Positions 29,749 through 40,112 of a stretch of DNA of 64,000 nt are shown here, piece after piece. Numbering within the stretch: the first letter of the stretch is position 1; every line of letters begins with the position of its first letter. The translations under genes and the position numbers were made by a program. Source of the stretch: Spirochaetia bacterium (GTDB lineage Bacteria > Spirochaetota > Spirochaetia > DSM-2461); assembly GCA_963666985.2 (NCBI GenBank), contig CAXXIA010000002.1, positions 2,496,001 through 2,560,000 on the forward strand. Direction: 5' to 3'. The notes beneath the pieces were generated by a model. That model was given only the letters and a program-made list of their open reading frames with translations, made no database searches and had not been told where the DNA came from.

Positions 29749-29762
29749 TGAAAGCGGTTTCA
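29749..29762. promoter_or_regulatory. LacI-type operator TGAAAGCGGTTTCA
   Basis: Extended palindrome ACTGAAAGCGGTTTCAGT just downstream of the -10 of the ABC operon. Confidence 0.7.
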
Positions 29763-29814
29763 GTGACAATCAGCACATTGCTGTCACTGAAGACACAAAC
29801 CGTAAGGAGGATTT

Positions 29815-30765
29815 ATGTTGAAAAAGATTCTCGTCATCGCCTTGATCCTGATGGTTCCCGCCGGTTTTCTTTTCGCCAACGGCGGGGGAGAGAAATCGGC
29901 GTCCAATCTGATGGTGATTATTACTCCGGATAAGGACAATACGTTCTTTACCGCCGAGGCCGATGCCGCGAAAGCCATGGCCGAATCTCTCGGTTATCAG
30001 ACGCTTCTTGTTGTTCATGGCGACGATCCCAACAAAGAGAGTGAGATTATCGACACCGCGATCTCGCAGAAAGCCGCCGCGATTATCATCGACATCGCCA
30101 ATGCCGATGCCTCTCCCAACAACTTGCGCCGGGCCGATGAAGCGGGTATCCCCGTATTCTGCATGGATCGTGAAATCAATGCGGCCGGCATCGCCAAGGC
30201 TCAGCTGATCTCCGACAACTTCCAGGGCGCTCAGCTCGGCGGCGAGTATTTCGTCGAACTGATGGGCGAAAAGGGCGACTGGGTTGAGCTCGTCGGTAAA
30301 GAATCCGATACCAATGCCGGTGTTCGTTCCAAGGGATTCCACTCCATTATCGATCAGTATCCCGATATGGTGATGGTTGCCCGGGAAACCGCCAACTGGA
30401 GCCAGACCGAAGCTTATTCCGATGTTGAGTCCATTCTTCAGGCCAACCCCACGGTGAAGGGCATCATTTGCGGCAACGACACAATGGCTCTTGGTGCGAT
30501 GGCCGCCGCCGAAGCCGCGGGCCGCGGTGACATCGTCGTTATGGGATTCGACGGAAACGACAATGTTCTGGATTCCATCATGCAGGGAAAGATCAAAGGC
30601 ACCGTTATGCAGCCGAACGCCCTGAACGCCGAGATGGCCGTACAGCTGGCCGATAAGTACATCAAATCCGGTTCCACGGGTATGGATCAGGAAAAGATTC
30701 TTAACGGATGTTTCCTTATTACGAGTAAAGAAGCCAAACAATGGCGAGGATTCAAGAAGCTGTAA
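29815..30765 (+). CDS. Sugar/polyol ABC transporter substrate-binding protein
   Basis: Signal peptide; DNTFF, DREI, SDNFQGA, GKESDTNAGVRSKGF, ANWSQTEA; resembles SBPs of DUF2291-associated importers. Confidence 0.9.
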   Translation: MLKKILVIALILMVPAGFLFANGGGEKSASNLMVIITPDKDNTFFTAEADAAKAMAESLGYQTLLVVHGDDPNKESEIIDTAISQKAAAIIIDIANADASPNNLRRADEAGIPVFCMDREINAAGIAKAQLISDNFQGAQLGGEYFVELMGEKGDWVELVGKESDTNAGVRSKGFHSIIDQYPDMVMVARETANWSQTEAYSDVESILQANPTVKGIICGNDTMALGAMAAAEAAGRGDIVVMGFDGNDNVLDSIMQGKIKGTVMQPNALNAEMAVQLADKYIKSGSTGMDQEKILNGCFLITSKEAKQWRGFKKL

Positions 30766-30863
30766 GGCGCTGCTGAGAAAAGCATCGTTATGATCATTGA
30801 GGGAGCTCCGCCTCCTCGGGGCGGGCTCCCTTTCCATACCCGGGAAATCCCCGGAGGACAATA

Positions 30864-31550
30864 ATGCGAGAAAACAAAAATTCACCGATTCTGCTGACGG
30901 CGTTAATATTCTGCGTTGCACTGATTTCTTCGTGCACTGTCGTCAAGATCGAAGATAAGGAATCAGGCGAAGGGGACGAATACTCCACATGGACCAAGAC
31001 GGGGACGGGTTTCGTCGCGGTTGATTATGTCGAGTCGGTCTGGGAAGAGAAAATGATCCCGATTTTCGAGGAAGAAGCCGTGGACTACGAAATGCTCATG
31101 AGCGCTCTTGCCGAAGATCGTCAGGGTAAATCGAAAGAGTACGGACTTCTCCGGCAGACCGGAGAACCTTTTTATGTGTTTAAAGTCCGAGGCAAAGCGA
31201 AGGTTCTGGAGTTCGACGACAGTTCCCGAAACGGCGTAATCAGGGTGGATCATGAGCCTGAGGACGGTATCGCGGATGCCGTTATTCAGGTCGGACCGGT
31301 TCTGAAGGGATCGGCATTAAGGGATTCGGTGGAGTTCATTCGGTTTACCGATGTGGGTAATCAGCTCCAGTTTGCCGATCTGGCGAAAGAGATGAACATG
31401 CGGATGAAGGCCGATTCTCTTGATCCTCTCGATTTGACCGCCCTTAAAGGAAAAACAATCGAGTATCTGGGAGCTTTCCGTCTGGAAACGGAATCACCGC
31501 TGGAAGATGTGGTTATAACACCGCTGGTTTTGAACGTGGTGGAAGACTGA
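30864..31550 (+). CDS. DUF2291 family lipoprotein
   Basis: Lipobox SSCTVVK; IQVGPVLKGSALRD...FTDVGNQLQFA. Confidence 0.85.
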   Translation: MRENKNSPILLTALIFCVALISSCTVVKIEDKESGEGDEYSTWTKTGTGFVAVDYVESVWEEKMIPIFEEEAVDYEMLMSALAEDRQGKSKEYGLLRQTGEPFYVFKVRGKAKVLEFDDSSRNGVIRVDHEPEDGIADAVIQVGPVLKGSALRDSVEFIRFTDVGNQLQFADLAKEMNMRMKADSLDPLDLTALKGKTIEYLGAFRLETESPLEDVVITPLVLNVVED

Positions 31551-31559
31551 GGATGCGAT

Positions 31560-33113
31560 ATGACTGAAAATGAAAAACCCTTGGTTCTGGAAGCCGAGGG
31601 CATCCGAAAGGTCTATCCCGGTACCGTTGCTCTCAGCGGCGTGGATTTTAGAGTATACGGCGGCTGCGTCAATGCGCTTGTCGGTGAAAACGGCGCGGGA
31701 AAATCCACTCTGATGAAGATTCTCGCCGGTATAGAACAGCAGAACGGCGGTACGATCACTCTCTATAAAGAAAACGGCGACGGGGAGCAGGTGAACTTCG
31801 CTTCTACCCGGGAGGCCGTCGCAAAAGGCATAGGAATTGTTCATCAGGAACTGAACCTGTTTGCCGACTTGAGCGTTGCCGAGAACATCTTCATGAATAA
31901 AGAGAAGGTGAAATATCGGAAGCTCTTCATCGATCATTCCATTCAAGAAAATCTGGCGGCCGACGTACTGAAGAAACTCGGTCAGGATATTGATCCGAGA
32001 ACTCCCGTGCGCGATCTTCGCCTTGGCCAGCAGCAGATTGTCGAAATTGCCAAGACAATGATCGACGAACCGAAAATCCTCATCATGGATGAACCCACAT
32101 CTTCTTTGAGCATTCCCGAGGTTCGGGTTCTTTTTAAGGTGATGAATGATTTAAAAGCCAATGGAGTCGCCATTATTTATATCTCCCATCGTTTGGAGGA
32201 AATAAAGGAGATCGGCGATTATATCACCATCCTGCGGGATTCGCGTCTGATTGATTCGGGGCGGGTTAACGAGATGAAAATGCCGGACATCATCGAAAAA
32301 ATGGTGGGCCGCGACCCGAAGAAATTTTTTACCGGTCAGGCACATGCAACCGGTGAAGTTCTTTTAAAAGCGAAGGATATAACCCTCCCGCGCTATGGCG
32401 GCGGCTATACGCTCGACCATGTTTCCTTTGAGGTGCGCAAGGGGGAGGTTCTCGGTATATACGGCCTCATGGGCGCCGGGCGAACGGAGCTTCTGGAAAG
32501 TCTTATGGGAGGCATGCCGGCCGCGGAAGGCGAAGTATGGCTGGACGGCAAGCGTCTCGACGGCTTCGACATGAAGAAGCGGATAGAGGCCGGTTTGGTT
32601 CTTATCCCCGAAGAACGGCAGAGGGAAGGTTTGTTCCTAAATCTTGAAGTCGACAAAAACCTTACCATGTCGAGTATCGGTAAGTTCACGAAAGGCTTCC
32701 ATATAAGGAAAAATCCCGAAGCGAAAAGCGTCAGGGAGATTATCGAATCCATAAAAATCCGAGTTGCCTCTCCTGAAATCTCCGTTACGGCGCTTTCGGG
32801 CGGCAATCAGCAGAAGGTGGTTATCGGAAAGGCTCTGCTCACCGATCCCAAGATTCTGCTGATGGATGAACCTACTCGCGGGATTGATGTCGGTGCCAAG
32901 TCCGATGTCTTTAAAATCGTCGATTCGATGGCCAACGAAGGCTTCGGCATCGTGCTTGTTTCTTCGGAGCTTGAAGAGGTCTGTTCCATGTCGGACCGGA
33001 TTCTCGTTTTGTCCAAGGGACAGGTAACCGGTGAGTTCAACAGAACCGAAGCGAACGAAGAAACAATTCGGAAAGCTTCGGAAATCGGTCATGGAATATC
33101 CGTTTCTGCATAA
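31560..33113 (+). CDS. Sugar ABC transporter ATP-binding protein
   Basis: GENGAGKST, MDEPT, LSGGNQQK. Confidence 0.95.
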   Translation: MTENEKPLVLEAEGIRKVYPGTVALSGVDFRVYGGCVNALVGENGAGKSTLMKILAGIEQQNGGTITLYKENGDGEQVNFASTREAVAKGIGIVHQELNLFADLSVAENIFMNKEKVKYRKLFIDHSIQENLAADVLKKLGQDIDPRTPVRDLRLGQQQIVEIAKTMIDEPKILIMDEPTSSLSIPEVRVLFKVMNDLKANGVAIIYISHRLEEIKEIGDYITILRDSRLIDSGRVNEMKMPDIIEKMVGRDPKKFFTGQAHATGEVLLKAKDITLPRYGGGYTLDHVSFEVRKGEVLGIYGLMGAGRTELLESLMGGMPAAEGEVWLDGKRLDGFDMKKRIEAGLVLIPEERQREGLFLNLEVDKNLTMSSIGKFTKGFHIRKNPEAKSVREIIESIKIRVASPEISVTALSGGNQQKVVIGKALLTDPKILLMDEPTRGIDVGAKSDVFKIVDSMANEGFGIVLVSSELEEVCSMSDRILVLSKGQVTGEFNRTEANEETIRKASEIGHGISVSA

Positions 33114-33133
33114 AGGGAGGAAGTAAGACAACT

Positions 33134-34198
33134 ATGGGAAATACGGAAATTGCTAAGAAACAGGGAGCCTCTTCGATTGGAATGGTTCTTCTGAAATTAC
33201 GATCCCTGATTGCTTTTTTGGGAGTATTTATCGTTTTCGCTTTCATCGCGCCGAATTTTCTTACAACGAGCAACCTGATATCCATGGCCAAGCATTCGGC
33301 CATATGGACGATACTGGCGATGGGAATGTCTTACGTTATCATCGGTGATGGTATAGACCTTTCGGTAGGATCCATCGCCGGGCTTTGCGGTATGCTCGCG
33401 GGCGGACTGATCATCGAAGGATTACGGCTGCCCATATTCGGCGTTATCATTTATTTCCATACTTGGATGATTATTCTCATTATTCTGGGAATCGGAGTCC
33501 TTCTCGGTGCCGTGAACGGTTTATTGGTAACAAGACTCGGTGTGGCGCCGTTTATCGCGACATTAGGGCTTCTCTATATGGCCCGCGGTTTCGCGATGCT
33601 TCGTTCCGGCGGAAAGACATTCCCCAATCTTGTGGGAGTTCCGGCGCTTGGAACAACGGGATTTCGCGTATTGGGGGCCGGGACGATTCTCGGGATTCCC
33701 TTGGTGGTGTGGATCGCCCTGGTGATAGCCTTGCTGGCTCACTACGTTTCTCGAAAAACTCCTTTCGGACGTCATGTTTATGCCGTCGGCGGAAACGAGG
33801 ATGCGGCGCGGCTCTCGGGTATCCGGGTTAAGCGGATTAAGACGGCCACGTATATGTTCTCGGGATTCTGCGCCGCCCTTACCGGTTTGGTGCTCGCTTC
33901 TCAATTGATGGCCAGTCATCCCGCCACGGGAGAATCATACGAATTAACGACGATCGCGGCCGTTGTTCTCGGCGGCACCTCCTTAAGTGGAGGACGGGGG
34001 TCCATCGGCGGTTCGGTCGTCGGGGCGCTTATTCTGGGTGTTCTGAACGACGGCCTTGTAATGGTCGGTGTCTCTTCGTTCTGGCAGACGGTTATCAAGG
34101 GGCTGGTTGTGGTCCTTGCCGTTGTGATCGATCAGTATCAATTGAGAAAACAGAATGAAGCCGCCTTGAAGCAGCAGACGGCAACGGCGGAGAAATAG
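33134..34198 (+). CDS. Sugar ABC transporter permease
   Basis: IDLSVGS, AVGGNEDAARLSG, VVLGGTS. Confidence 0.95.
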   Translation: MGNTEIAKKQGASSIGMVLLKLRSLIAFLGVFIVFAFIAPNFLTTSNLISMAKHSAIWTILAMGMSYVIIGDGIDLSVGSIAGLCGMLAGGLIIEGLRLPIFGVIIYFHTWMIILIILGIGVLLGAVNGLLVTRLGVAPFIATLGLLYMARGFAMLRSGGKTFPNLVGVPALGTTGFRVLGAGTILGIPLVVWIALVIALLAHYVSRKTPFGRHVYAVGGNEDAARLSGIRVKRIKTATYMFSGFCAALTGLVLASQLMASHPATGESYELTTIAAVVLGGTSLSGGRGSIGGSVVGALILGVLNDGLVMVGVSSFWQTVIKGLVVVLAVVIDQYQLRKQNEAALKQQTATAEK

Positions 34199-34252
34199 GA
34201 AAAGCTAATAAACAACTGGAAGTATAGGGAGAAACAGGAGTATTATAATGCG

Positions 34253-35083
34253 GTGAAACGACAATCAAGAATCGACTATTTACAAGATATTATCGCAGAA
34301 GCGAATTCCATAACCATAAAAGACCTGGCGGATCGGATGGATGTTTCCGTCATGACGATTCGCCGGGATATGGAGGTTCTGGAAGAAGCCGGATTAATCC
34401 GGACTTACCGCGGAGGGGTGATCGTTTCCGAGAAGCCCTCTCACCATAATTCCATCGCCGGATATTCCCTGACTTCGGCGGAAACTTCCCAAGTGGAAGA
34501 GAAAAAAGCCATCGCCCGGGTTGCCGCTTCTCTTATTGAAGAAGGTGATGTGGTATTCTTCGATGCCGGATCAACAGTGGAACTCATCTTAAGTTTCTTA
34601 AATCCGGATATCGAGATGACGGCCATTTGCTACAGCCTGAACATCATGAATCATTTGGCGAAATGGGCCCACACGCGGATTATCTTCGCGGGCGGTCATT
34701 ATCATCCCGACTCTCAAAATTTTGAGAGTCCCGAGGGGTTGGAACTTTTATCGAGGAACCGGATTTCCAAGGCCTTTATTTCCGCCAATGGAATACGCGC
34801 CGACCTCGGAGTCACCAGCTCCGGTCAATTTGAAATCCCTATAAAGCGGATTATTATCGAAAACAGCATCGCATCCTACTTGGTCGCCGACAGTACGAAA
34901 TGCGGATTGGTTCGAACGGCGCATTTCGCCGATGTCCGTGATTTTTCCGCCATTATAACCGACTGGCATATCTGGGATGATATGAAGGAAAAGCTGATTG
35001 AGGTTGGTGCCGATGTTATGGTGGCCCCGAATCCTTTGGGGAGCGCCGCTACGGAACACGAAACACCCTCCATTGAGAACTAG
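34253..35083 (+). CDS. DeoR/GlpR-family transcriptional regulator
   Basis: VSVMTIRRD HTH, EKKAIA, FFDAGST, ADSTK. Confidence 0.95.
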   Translation: MKRQSRIDYLQDIIAEANSITIKDLADRMDVSVMTIRRDMEVLEEAGLIRTYRGGVIVSEKPSHHNSIAGYSLTSAETSQVEEKKAIARVAASLIEEGDVVFFDAGSTVELILSFLNPDIEMTAICYSLNIMNHLAKWAHTRIIFAGGHYHPDSQNFESPEGLELLSRNRISKAFISANGIRADLGVTSSGQFEIPIKRIIIENSIASYLVADSTKCGLVRTAHFADVRDFSAIITDWHIWDDMKEKLIEVGADVMVAPNPLGSAATEHETPSIEN

Positions 35084-35268
35084 TGTGGTGCTCCGGAAAT
35101 CCTAAGACGGCGAAACGGCGGCTTAACGGAACGAATTGAGGCCGAGGATAGTCACTTGACGTCTTTTTGGGTCACGTTCGTAATTCAACGATGCGTTTCC
35201 AGAAGCCGCCGCTCCGTGAGAGAAATACCGGGACACCACACCAGCCGCTTCATTGCGGCTTAAGTTTC

Positions 35269-36777
35269 TTAATGGCCGGCAACGGCCGCGAATCGATCTT
35301 TCAAATCATTGTAAAGACCGAGAAAATGGGGGTATCGCTGTTCGTAGATGTCGCTGGGAGATGCTTCCACGGTTCTTTCGATTCGGATGAGCCTCTTTAC
35401 CGCTTCGTCGGCGTTTTTATAATCGCCGATCGCCATGGCGGCGATGATGCTGTTGCCGACATTTCCCGTATGAGGATTCGCGGCTATACAGATGGGCCGC
35501 TTGATAATCTGGGAAAGAACCGACAGCCATACGGGGCTTTTTAACCCGCCGCCGACAGCCTGGACGCGATCCACGGACATTCCGAGGGATTCCACCGTTT
35601 CGATGTTGTTTCTTAAGGCGAAGGAAACACCTTCCATAATTGATTTGATGAAATGTGCTTTTGTTGTGTTGATATTCACGCCGAAAAAGACACCGCGCGC
35701 GTGTGAATCCCAGTAAGGCGTTCTTTCACCGTTTAGATAGGGAAGAAAGATAAGCCCGTCGCATCCGTCGGGAATTTCGGCCGTTTCTCGATCATAAACT
35801 GAAAAAATGTCTCCCGAATCTTTGCCACCTTCCGAGTCGAAAGCGTTTTTAAACCAGTTGAGAGATTCTCCGGCCGTCTGCGTAACGCCGATGTTGATCC
35901 ATCGGTCTTCCAGACAGTAATTCCAGCAGAGAACCCGGTTTTTCGGATCGGGAAGCGGTACGTCCGAGCATGCGCTGGCCACACCGGCGGTACCGATGAT
36001 GAGAGTGACTTGCCCCTTCTGCGTCATGCCGGCCCCCAGGGCCGCCGCTTGGTTGTCGCCGCTGCCGTTGGCCACCGGCGTTCCTTCCGGAATGCCCGTG
36101 GCCGAGGCCACCTCCGCCGTGATTTTGCCCATGACCGTCGCCGACGGAGCGGCTTCGGGCATCATGCTCCGGGGGATTGAGAAGATATCGAACATCGTTT
36201 GCGACCAGCGCCGATTTTTAACGTCGAAAAGAAGCGTGCCCGAAGCATCCGAGTAATCGATAAGCATTTCGCCGGTAAGTTTGTACTTGATGTAATCCTT
36301 GGCCACCAGGATATGCTTTGTCGCTTTCCAAGTTTCCCGGTCGTTTTCCTGAACCCATGCAACCTGAGGAGCGGTGTAGGTCGGTGTTGCGTTATTGGCA
36401 ACTTCCTTCATAATGACCGCCGCCGTCGAAGCGTCGGCGTTAAGCCTGTTGGTAATGGCAAGGGATCGCTGGTCCATCCACGTAATGGCGGAACGGAGAG
36501 GTTTCCCCGCGGAGTCGAGATAGACATGGGTGTGCATCTGTCCGCAGAGTCCGACGGCCCGGATACGGGCCATGTCGTCGGGATTGGAAGCACGAAGTTT
36601 TTTGCATCCGGAAAGAACCGCATCCCACCATAAACCGGGATTTTGCTCGGCGAACCCCGGGCGGGGTACCTCGATGGAGTATTCGGAGTAAGCGTCGTTG
36701 ATCGTTGCTCCATTTTCCGCAACCAGCGCGACTTTCGTGCCGGTTGTTCCGATATCCAGGCTCAAATAGGTGTGCAT
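35269..36777 (-). CDS. FGGY carbohydrate kinase, xylulokinase-like
   Basis: DIGTTGTK, GQMH, SDASGT, GDNQAAA, PYLNGERTP. Confidence 0.9.
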   Translation of the reverse strand: MHTYLSLDIGTTGTKVALVAENGATINDAYSEYSIEVPRPGFAEQNPGLWWDAVLSGCKKLRASNPDDMARIRAVGLCGQMHTHVYLDSAGKPLRSAITWMDQRSLAITNRLNADASTAAVIMKEVANNATPTYTAPQVAWVQENDRETWKATKHILVAKDYIKYKLTGEMLIDYSDASGTLLFDVKNRRWSQTMFDIFSIPRSMMPEAAPSATVMGKITAEVASATGIPEGTPVANGSGDNQAAALGAGMTQKGQVTLIIGTAGVASACSDVPLPDPKNRVLCWNYCLEDRWINIGVTQTAGESLNWFKNAFDSEGGKDSGDIFSVYDRETAEIPDGCDGLIFLPYLNGERTPYWDSHARGVFFGVNINTTKAHFIKSIMEGVSFALRNNIETVESLGMSVDRVQAVGGGLKSPVWLSVLSQIIKRPICIAANPHTGNVGNSIIAAMAIGDYKNADEAVKRLIRIERTVEASPSDIYEQRYPHFLGLYNDLKDRFAAVAGH

Positions 36778-36795
36778 GCGGTCCCTCCTCGCGCA

Positions 36796-37509
36796 TTACT
36801 CCGGATAGAAAAGATCGATTAAACCCTTGTTCGCCCCCGGCGCACCGATCATGGGGAGTTCACGGGTTTTCATCGTCCGTTCCATTTTTTCCACTTCTTT
36901 ACGCGGAATTTCCTTCACTTCACCGGCCGCCAGGGCGGCAAGAATGGAAATGGAACTCACTTCAAGCATATCGACGATATGCATAAGCCGGATGATGTCC
37001 GAAGGACTTATGGCCGTAATTCCATGGTTTTCCATGATGAAGGTGTTGTACTTCTGAAGATAAGGGATGAAGTTATCCGCCAGTTCCTGTGAAATAGGCT
37101 CTCCGTAGGGAACCACGGGAACGGGACCTATCTCCACGACGCTTTCGGGAAACAGCGGACGCATCAGCCAGTTTTCCTTCATGATGGCGAATGCGTTTGT
37201 CCAGGGCGGATGACAATGGATGGCCGAAACGATGTCCGGTCTGTGCTTGAAGAAATTCAGGTACATCGGCATTTCGCCGCTGGGTTTTCTGGTTCCTTCA
37301 AGAACATTGCCTTCGATGTCGACGAACACAAGATCTTCGGGAACGAGGATATTTTTATATCTTCGCGTCGGGGTGATGATGTAGATATTCTCTTCCACTT
37401 TGTAGGCAAGATTTCCGCCGTGGCTCGTGGCGAAAAGGCGATCGGCCAGAATCTTGCAAACATAAAGAAAATCATCGACTTCTTTTTTGTGTTTTTTGAG
37501 CAAGCTCAT
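36796..37509 (-). CDS. Class II aldolase/adducin family protein (aldolase or epimerase)
   Basis: GGNL, ITPT, PSGE, AIHCHP, MENHG. Confidence 0.85.
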   Translation of the reverse strand: MSLLKKHKKEVDDFLYVCKILADRLFATSHGGNLAYKVEENIYIITPTRRYKNILVPEDLVFVDIEGNVLEGTRKPSGEMPMYLNFFKHRPDIVSAIHCHPPWTNAFAIMKENWLMRPLFPESVVEIGPVPVVPYGEPISQELADNFIPYLQKYNTFIMENHGITAISPSDIIRLMHIVDMLEVSSISILAALAAGEVKEIPRKEVEKMERTMKTRELPMIGAPGANKGLIDLFYPE

Positions 37510-37520
37510 GTATTTCTTCC

Positions 37521-38402
37521 TTATTTTGCTTCTTCGGCCTTAACCTGCCGATAGATTTCAAACGCTTCTTTCGGCTTGGCGCTGCCGTGAACAACGGCAT
37601 TAATGGCCTGCATCATTCCATGGGGAGAATCCGATTGGAAAATATTTCTACCCATATCCACGCCGGCGGCTCCCTGGTCGATGGCCCTGTAGGCCATTTC
37701 GATGGCGTCCATTTCCGGTCTTTTCTTTCCGCCGGCGATTACGATGGGCACCGGACAGCAGGCGGTTACCGTTTCGAATTCTTCGTCGGTGTAATAAGTC
37801 TTAATAACGTGAGCCCCGAGTTCCGCGCACATTCGGGTGGCCAGTCTGAAGTATTTCGGCGTTCTGGCCATTTCCCGTCCGACGGCCGTTACCGCCATCG
37901 TGGGAATCCCGTACCGGAGTCCGGCGTCCACGAGTTTGGTCATGTTCACGACGCTTCGTGATTCGAACTCGCCGCCGATGAATACCTGAATCGCGGTTCC
38001 GCAAACGCCCAGACGGATGCAGTCTTCGATATCCATCGCGATTTCCTCATTGGAAAGCTCTTTAAGAATGCTGGGGCCGCCTGAAGCCCGAATCATGACG
38101 GCTTTCGTCATCGAGGGAGGAACGACGCTTCGCAGAATTCCCCGTGTACACATCAGTGTATCCGCATACGGAACCAAGGGCATGATATCGACATCGACCC
38201 GTTCGAGGCCGGTCGTAGGTCCCTGAAAGTATCCGTGGTCTATGGCCAGCATAATGGTTTTTCCATCTTTCGGATTGAAAACCCTGGATAAACGGTTTTT
38301 CATTCCCCAGCCGAGTTCGTTTGAACCTTTCAGTCCGTATAACTCCGATTTCTGAGGGATATCAACGTGATAATTACGACCTTCAACATCGGCTTCAGGC
38401 AT
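37521..38402 (-). CDS. lsrF: LsrF-type 3-hydroxy-5-phosphonooxypentane-2,4-dione thiolase
   Basis: [52 protein letters not shown]. Confidence 0.9.
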   Translation of the reverse strand: MPEADVEGRNYHVDIPQKSELYGLKGSNELGWGMKNRLSRVFNPKDGKTIMLAIDHGYFQGPTTGLERVDVDIMPLVPYADTLMCTRGILRSVVPPSMTKAVMIRASGGPSILKELSNEEIAMDIEDCIRLGVCGTAIQVFIGGEFESRSVVNMTKLVDAGLRYGIPTMAVTAVGREMARTPKYFRLATRMCAELGAHVIKTYYTDEEFETVTACCPVPIVIAGGKKRPEMDAIEMAYRAIDQGAAGVDMGRNIFQSDSPHGMMQAINAVVHGSAKPKEAFEIYRQVKAEEAK

Positions 38403-38411
38403 GATTTTCTC

Positions 38412-38990
38412 CTAATACTTTAATGTTCCGTCGGGATTACGGAAATCATCCAGAGTCATTCCTCTCTCTTCCAATTCTTTGAGAAGAATCTCCAAGCCCC
38501 AGCGGGCTCCGTCGCCGACGGCCATGCAGCATTTATCATCGTCGTGATGTGCTCCCGCCGCTCGGAAAGCTTCCTTATCTTCATCAATGCGAAGGTCGAA
38601 ATGACGTCCGTCATAAAGGGATTTCTGGACGCCGCTACAGAGCACGCTGCCGAATTTCTCTTCGAATTTATCATGGAGAGCCCGTGTCATGCGGAACGAA
38701 TCGTATTTATCGGCTCGTCCCTCCTCGCTGGCTTCCTTGGCGCGGGTGCGGCCGAAAAAACTGGCCATAACCATGGACGCGCCCGTGTAGCCGCCGCAGT
38801 TCCCGTCGGTACATTCTCCGCCGCCGCCGGCCAGACCGCTTCCGGCCTTGTAGACAATTTCATCTTTTATGCCGATGGCATCGAATATCCCGGCAATGGC
38901 GCATTGAGCGCATCCGCGATAATCCCGTTCGTACTTAAAACCCAGATCGAATGCTTTTTGCAGCAAAGCGTCTTTTTCTTTCTGATCCAT
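38412..38990 (-). CDS. C-GCAxxG-C-C family putative redox protein
   Basis: CAQC, GLAGGGG...CGG, FGSVLC, C-terminal Cys. Confidence 0.8.
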   Translation of the reverse strand: MDQKEKDALLQKAFDLGFKYERDYRGCAQCAIAGIFDAIGIKDEIVYKAGSGLAGGGGECTDGNCGGYTGASMVMASFFGRTRAKEASEEGRADKYDSFRMTRALHDKFEEKFGSVLCSGVQKSLYDGRHFDLRIDEDKEAFRAAGAHHDDDKCCMAVGDGARWGLEILLKELEERGMTLDDFRNPDGTLKY

Positions 38991-39014
38991 ACAGGTACCC
39001 TCCTGATGTTGTTT

Positions 39015-39776
39015 CTATTTATATGTCGATCCACCATCGACGATGATGTTTTGTCCGCAGATAAAACCGGCCTGGTCCGAAGCGAGGAACAGTACAAGAT
39101 TCGCGACATCCTCAGGCCGGCCCAGACGGCCGACAGGAACCCGGCCTATCATGTCTTTCCATTGTTCCGGGTCCGGATAACGATCCCGGAAGAGATCGGT
39201 TTCGATCAATGCGGGCAGAACGGAATTGACCGTGATTCCTTTCGGCGCCAGTTCTTTGGAAAGATTCCGGACAAGACCGTTGATTCCCGCTTTCGCCGCG
39301 GAATAGAAGGCCGAACCGCCTCCGCCGGTGATGGAGCCGGAAGAACCGATATAAATGATTCGGCCGGTTTCGCTCATGTATTCCAAAGCGGCGCGGGTAA
39401 CATAGAATGCCGCCGACAGATTCACTTCGATGCCGCTTTTCCACTGCTTGTCGGTAATTTCCTTGGCGCCCAAAGGAACGGCAAATCCCGCGCTGTTGAT
39501 CAGGATATCAAGCCTTCCGTAGGTCTCTTTTGCCGTTTTGCAGAGTTCCGAGCAGAATTGGGAATCCGTAATATCGCCGGGGCATGACGTGCAGCGTCCG
39601 CCGAATCCTTCGATTTCCGCCTTTACCTTTTCAAAACCCGCGATATCCCGTTCAACCGGAAGATAATTTATAACGACCGATACTCCGGATTGGGCGAGAG
39701 CCGTACAAATGGCCGCTCCAATTCCGCGGGATCCGCCTGTGACGACGGCAACTTTATCCTTCAGCCGCAGCTCCAT
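39015..39776 (-). CDS. Short-chain dehydrogenase/reductase (FabG-like)
   Basis: TGGSRGIG, YSAAK, GRLGRPEDVA, VDGG. Confidence 0.92.
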   Translation of the reverse strand: MELRLKDKVAVVTGGSRGIGAAICTALAQSGVSVVINYLPVERDIAGFEKVKAEIEGFGGRCTSCPGDITDSQFCSELCKTAKETYGRLDILINSAGFAVPLGAKEITDKQWKSGIEVNLSAAFYVTRAALEYMSETGRIIYIGSSGSITGGGGSAFYSAAKAGINGLVRNLSKELAPKGITVNSVLPALIETDLFRDRYPDPEQWKDMIGRVPVGRLGRPEDVANLVLFLASDQAGFICGQNIIVDGGSTYK

Positions 39777-39811
39777 ATATTCCTCCAGAGTCTTTGAGTT
39801 GTTGCCTATTA

Positions 39812-39829
39812 ATGTTACAAACAGAACAT
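39812..39829. promoter_or_regulatory. DeoR/GlpR-type operator ATGTT-N8-AACAT
   Basis: Upstream of the SDR-lsrF-aldolase-kinase operon. Confidence 0.7.
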
Positions 39830-40046
39830 TAAATTGTGACTTATTCTTACATTATAGGCCGGGATGTGAGAATGTCAACAAGAAGAAAAGTAATTCAAGA
39901 GGATAATTTCGGGATAAACGATGGAAATTCGGTATGGTTTCGGCGCTTCGGAGATGGATGTTTTATTCATTTATTCCATCTCACATAAGTGTTTAAGATT
40001 TGTCGGCGGAACAGGTTTCCGGTTGTGGTAGAGTTTACACAAAAAA

Positions 40047-40064
40047 ATGTTGACAATGGAACAT
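40047..40064. promoter_or_regulatory. DeoR/GlpR-type operator ATGTT-N8-AACAT overlapping a TTGACA -35
   Basis: Upstream of the second ABC operon. Confidence 0.7.
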
Positions 40065-40112
40065 TGAACGCTTGATACTGATGGAAGCGACAATTTGAAA
40101 TGGAGGTATTAC

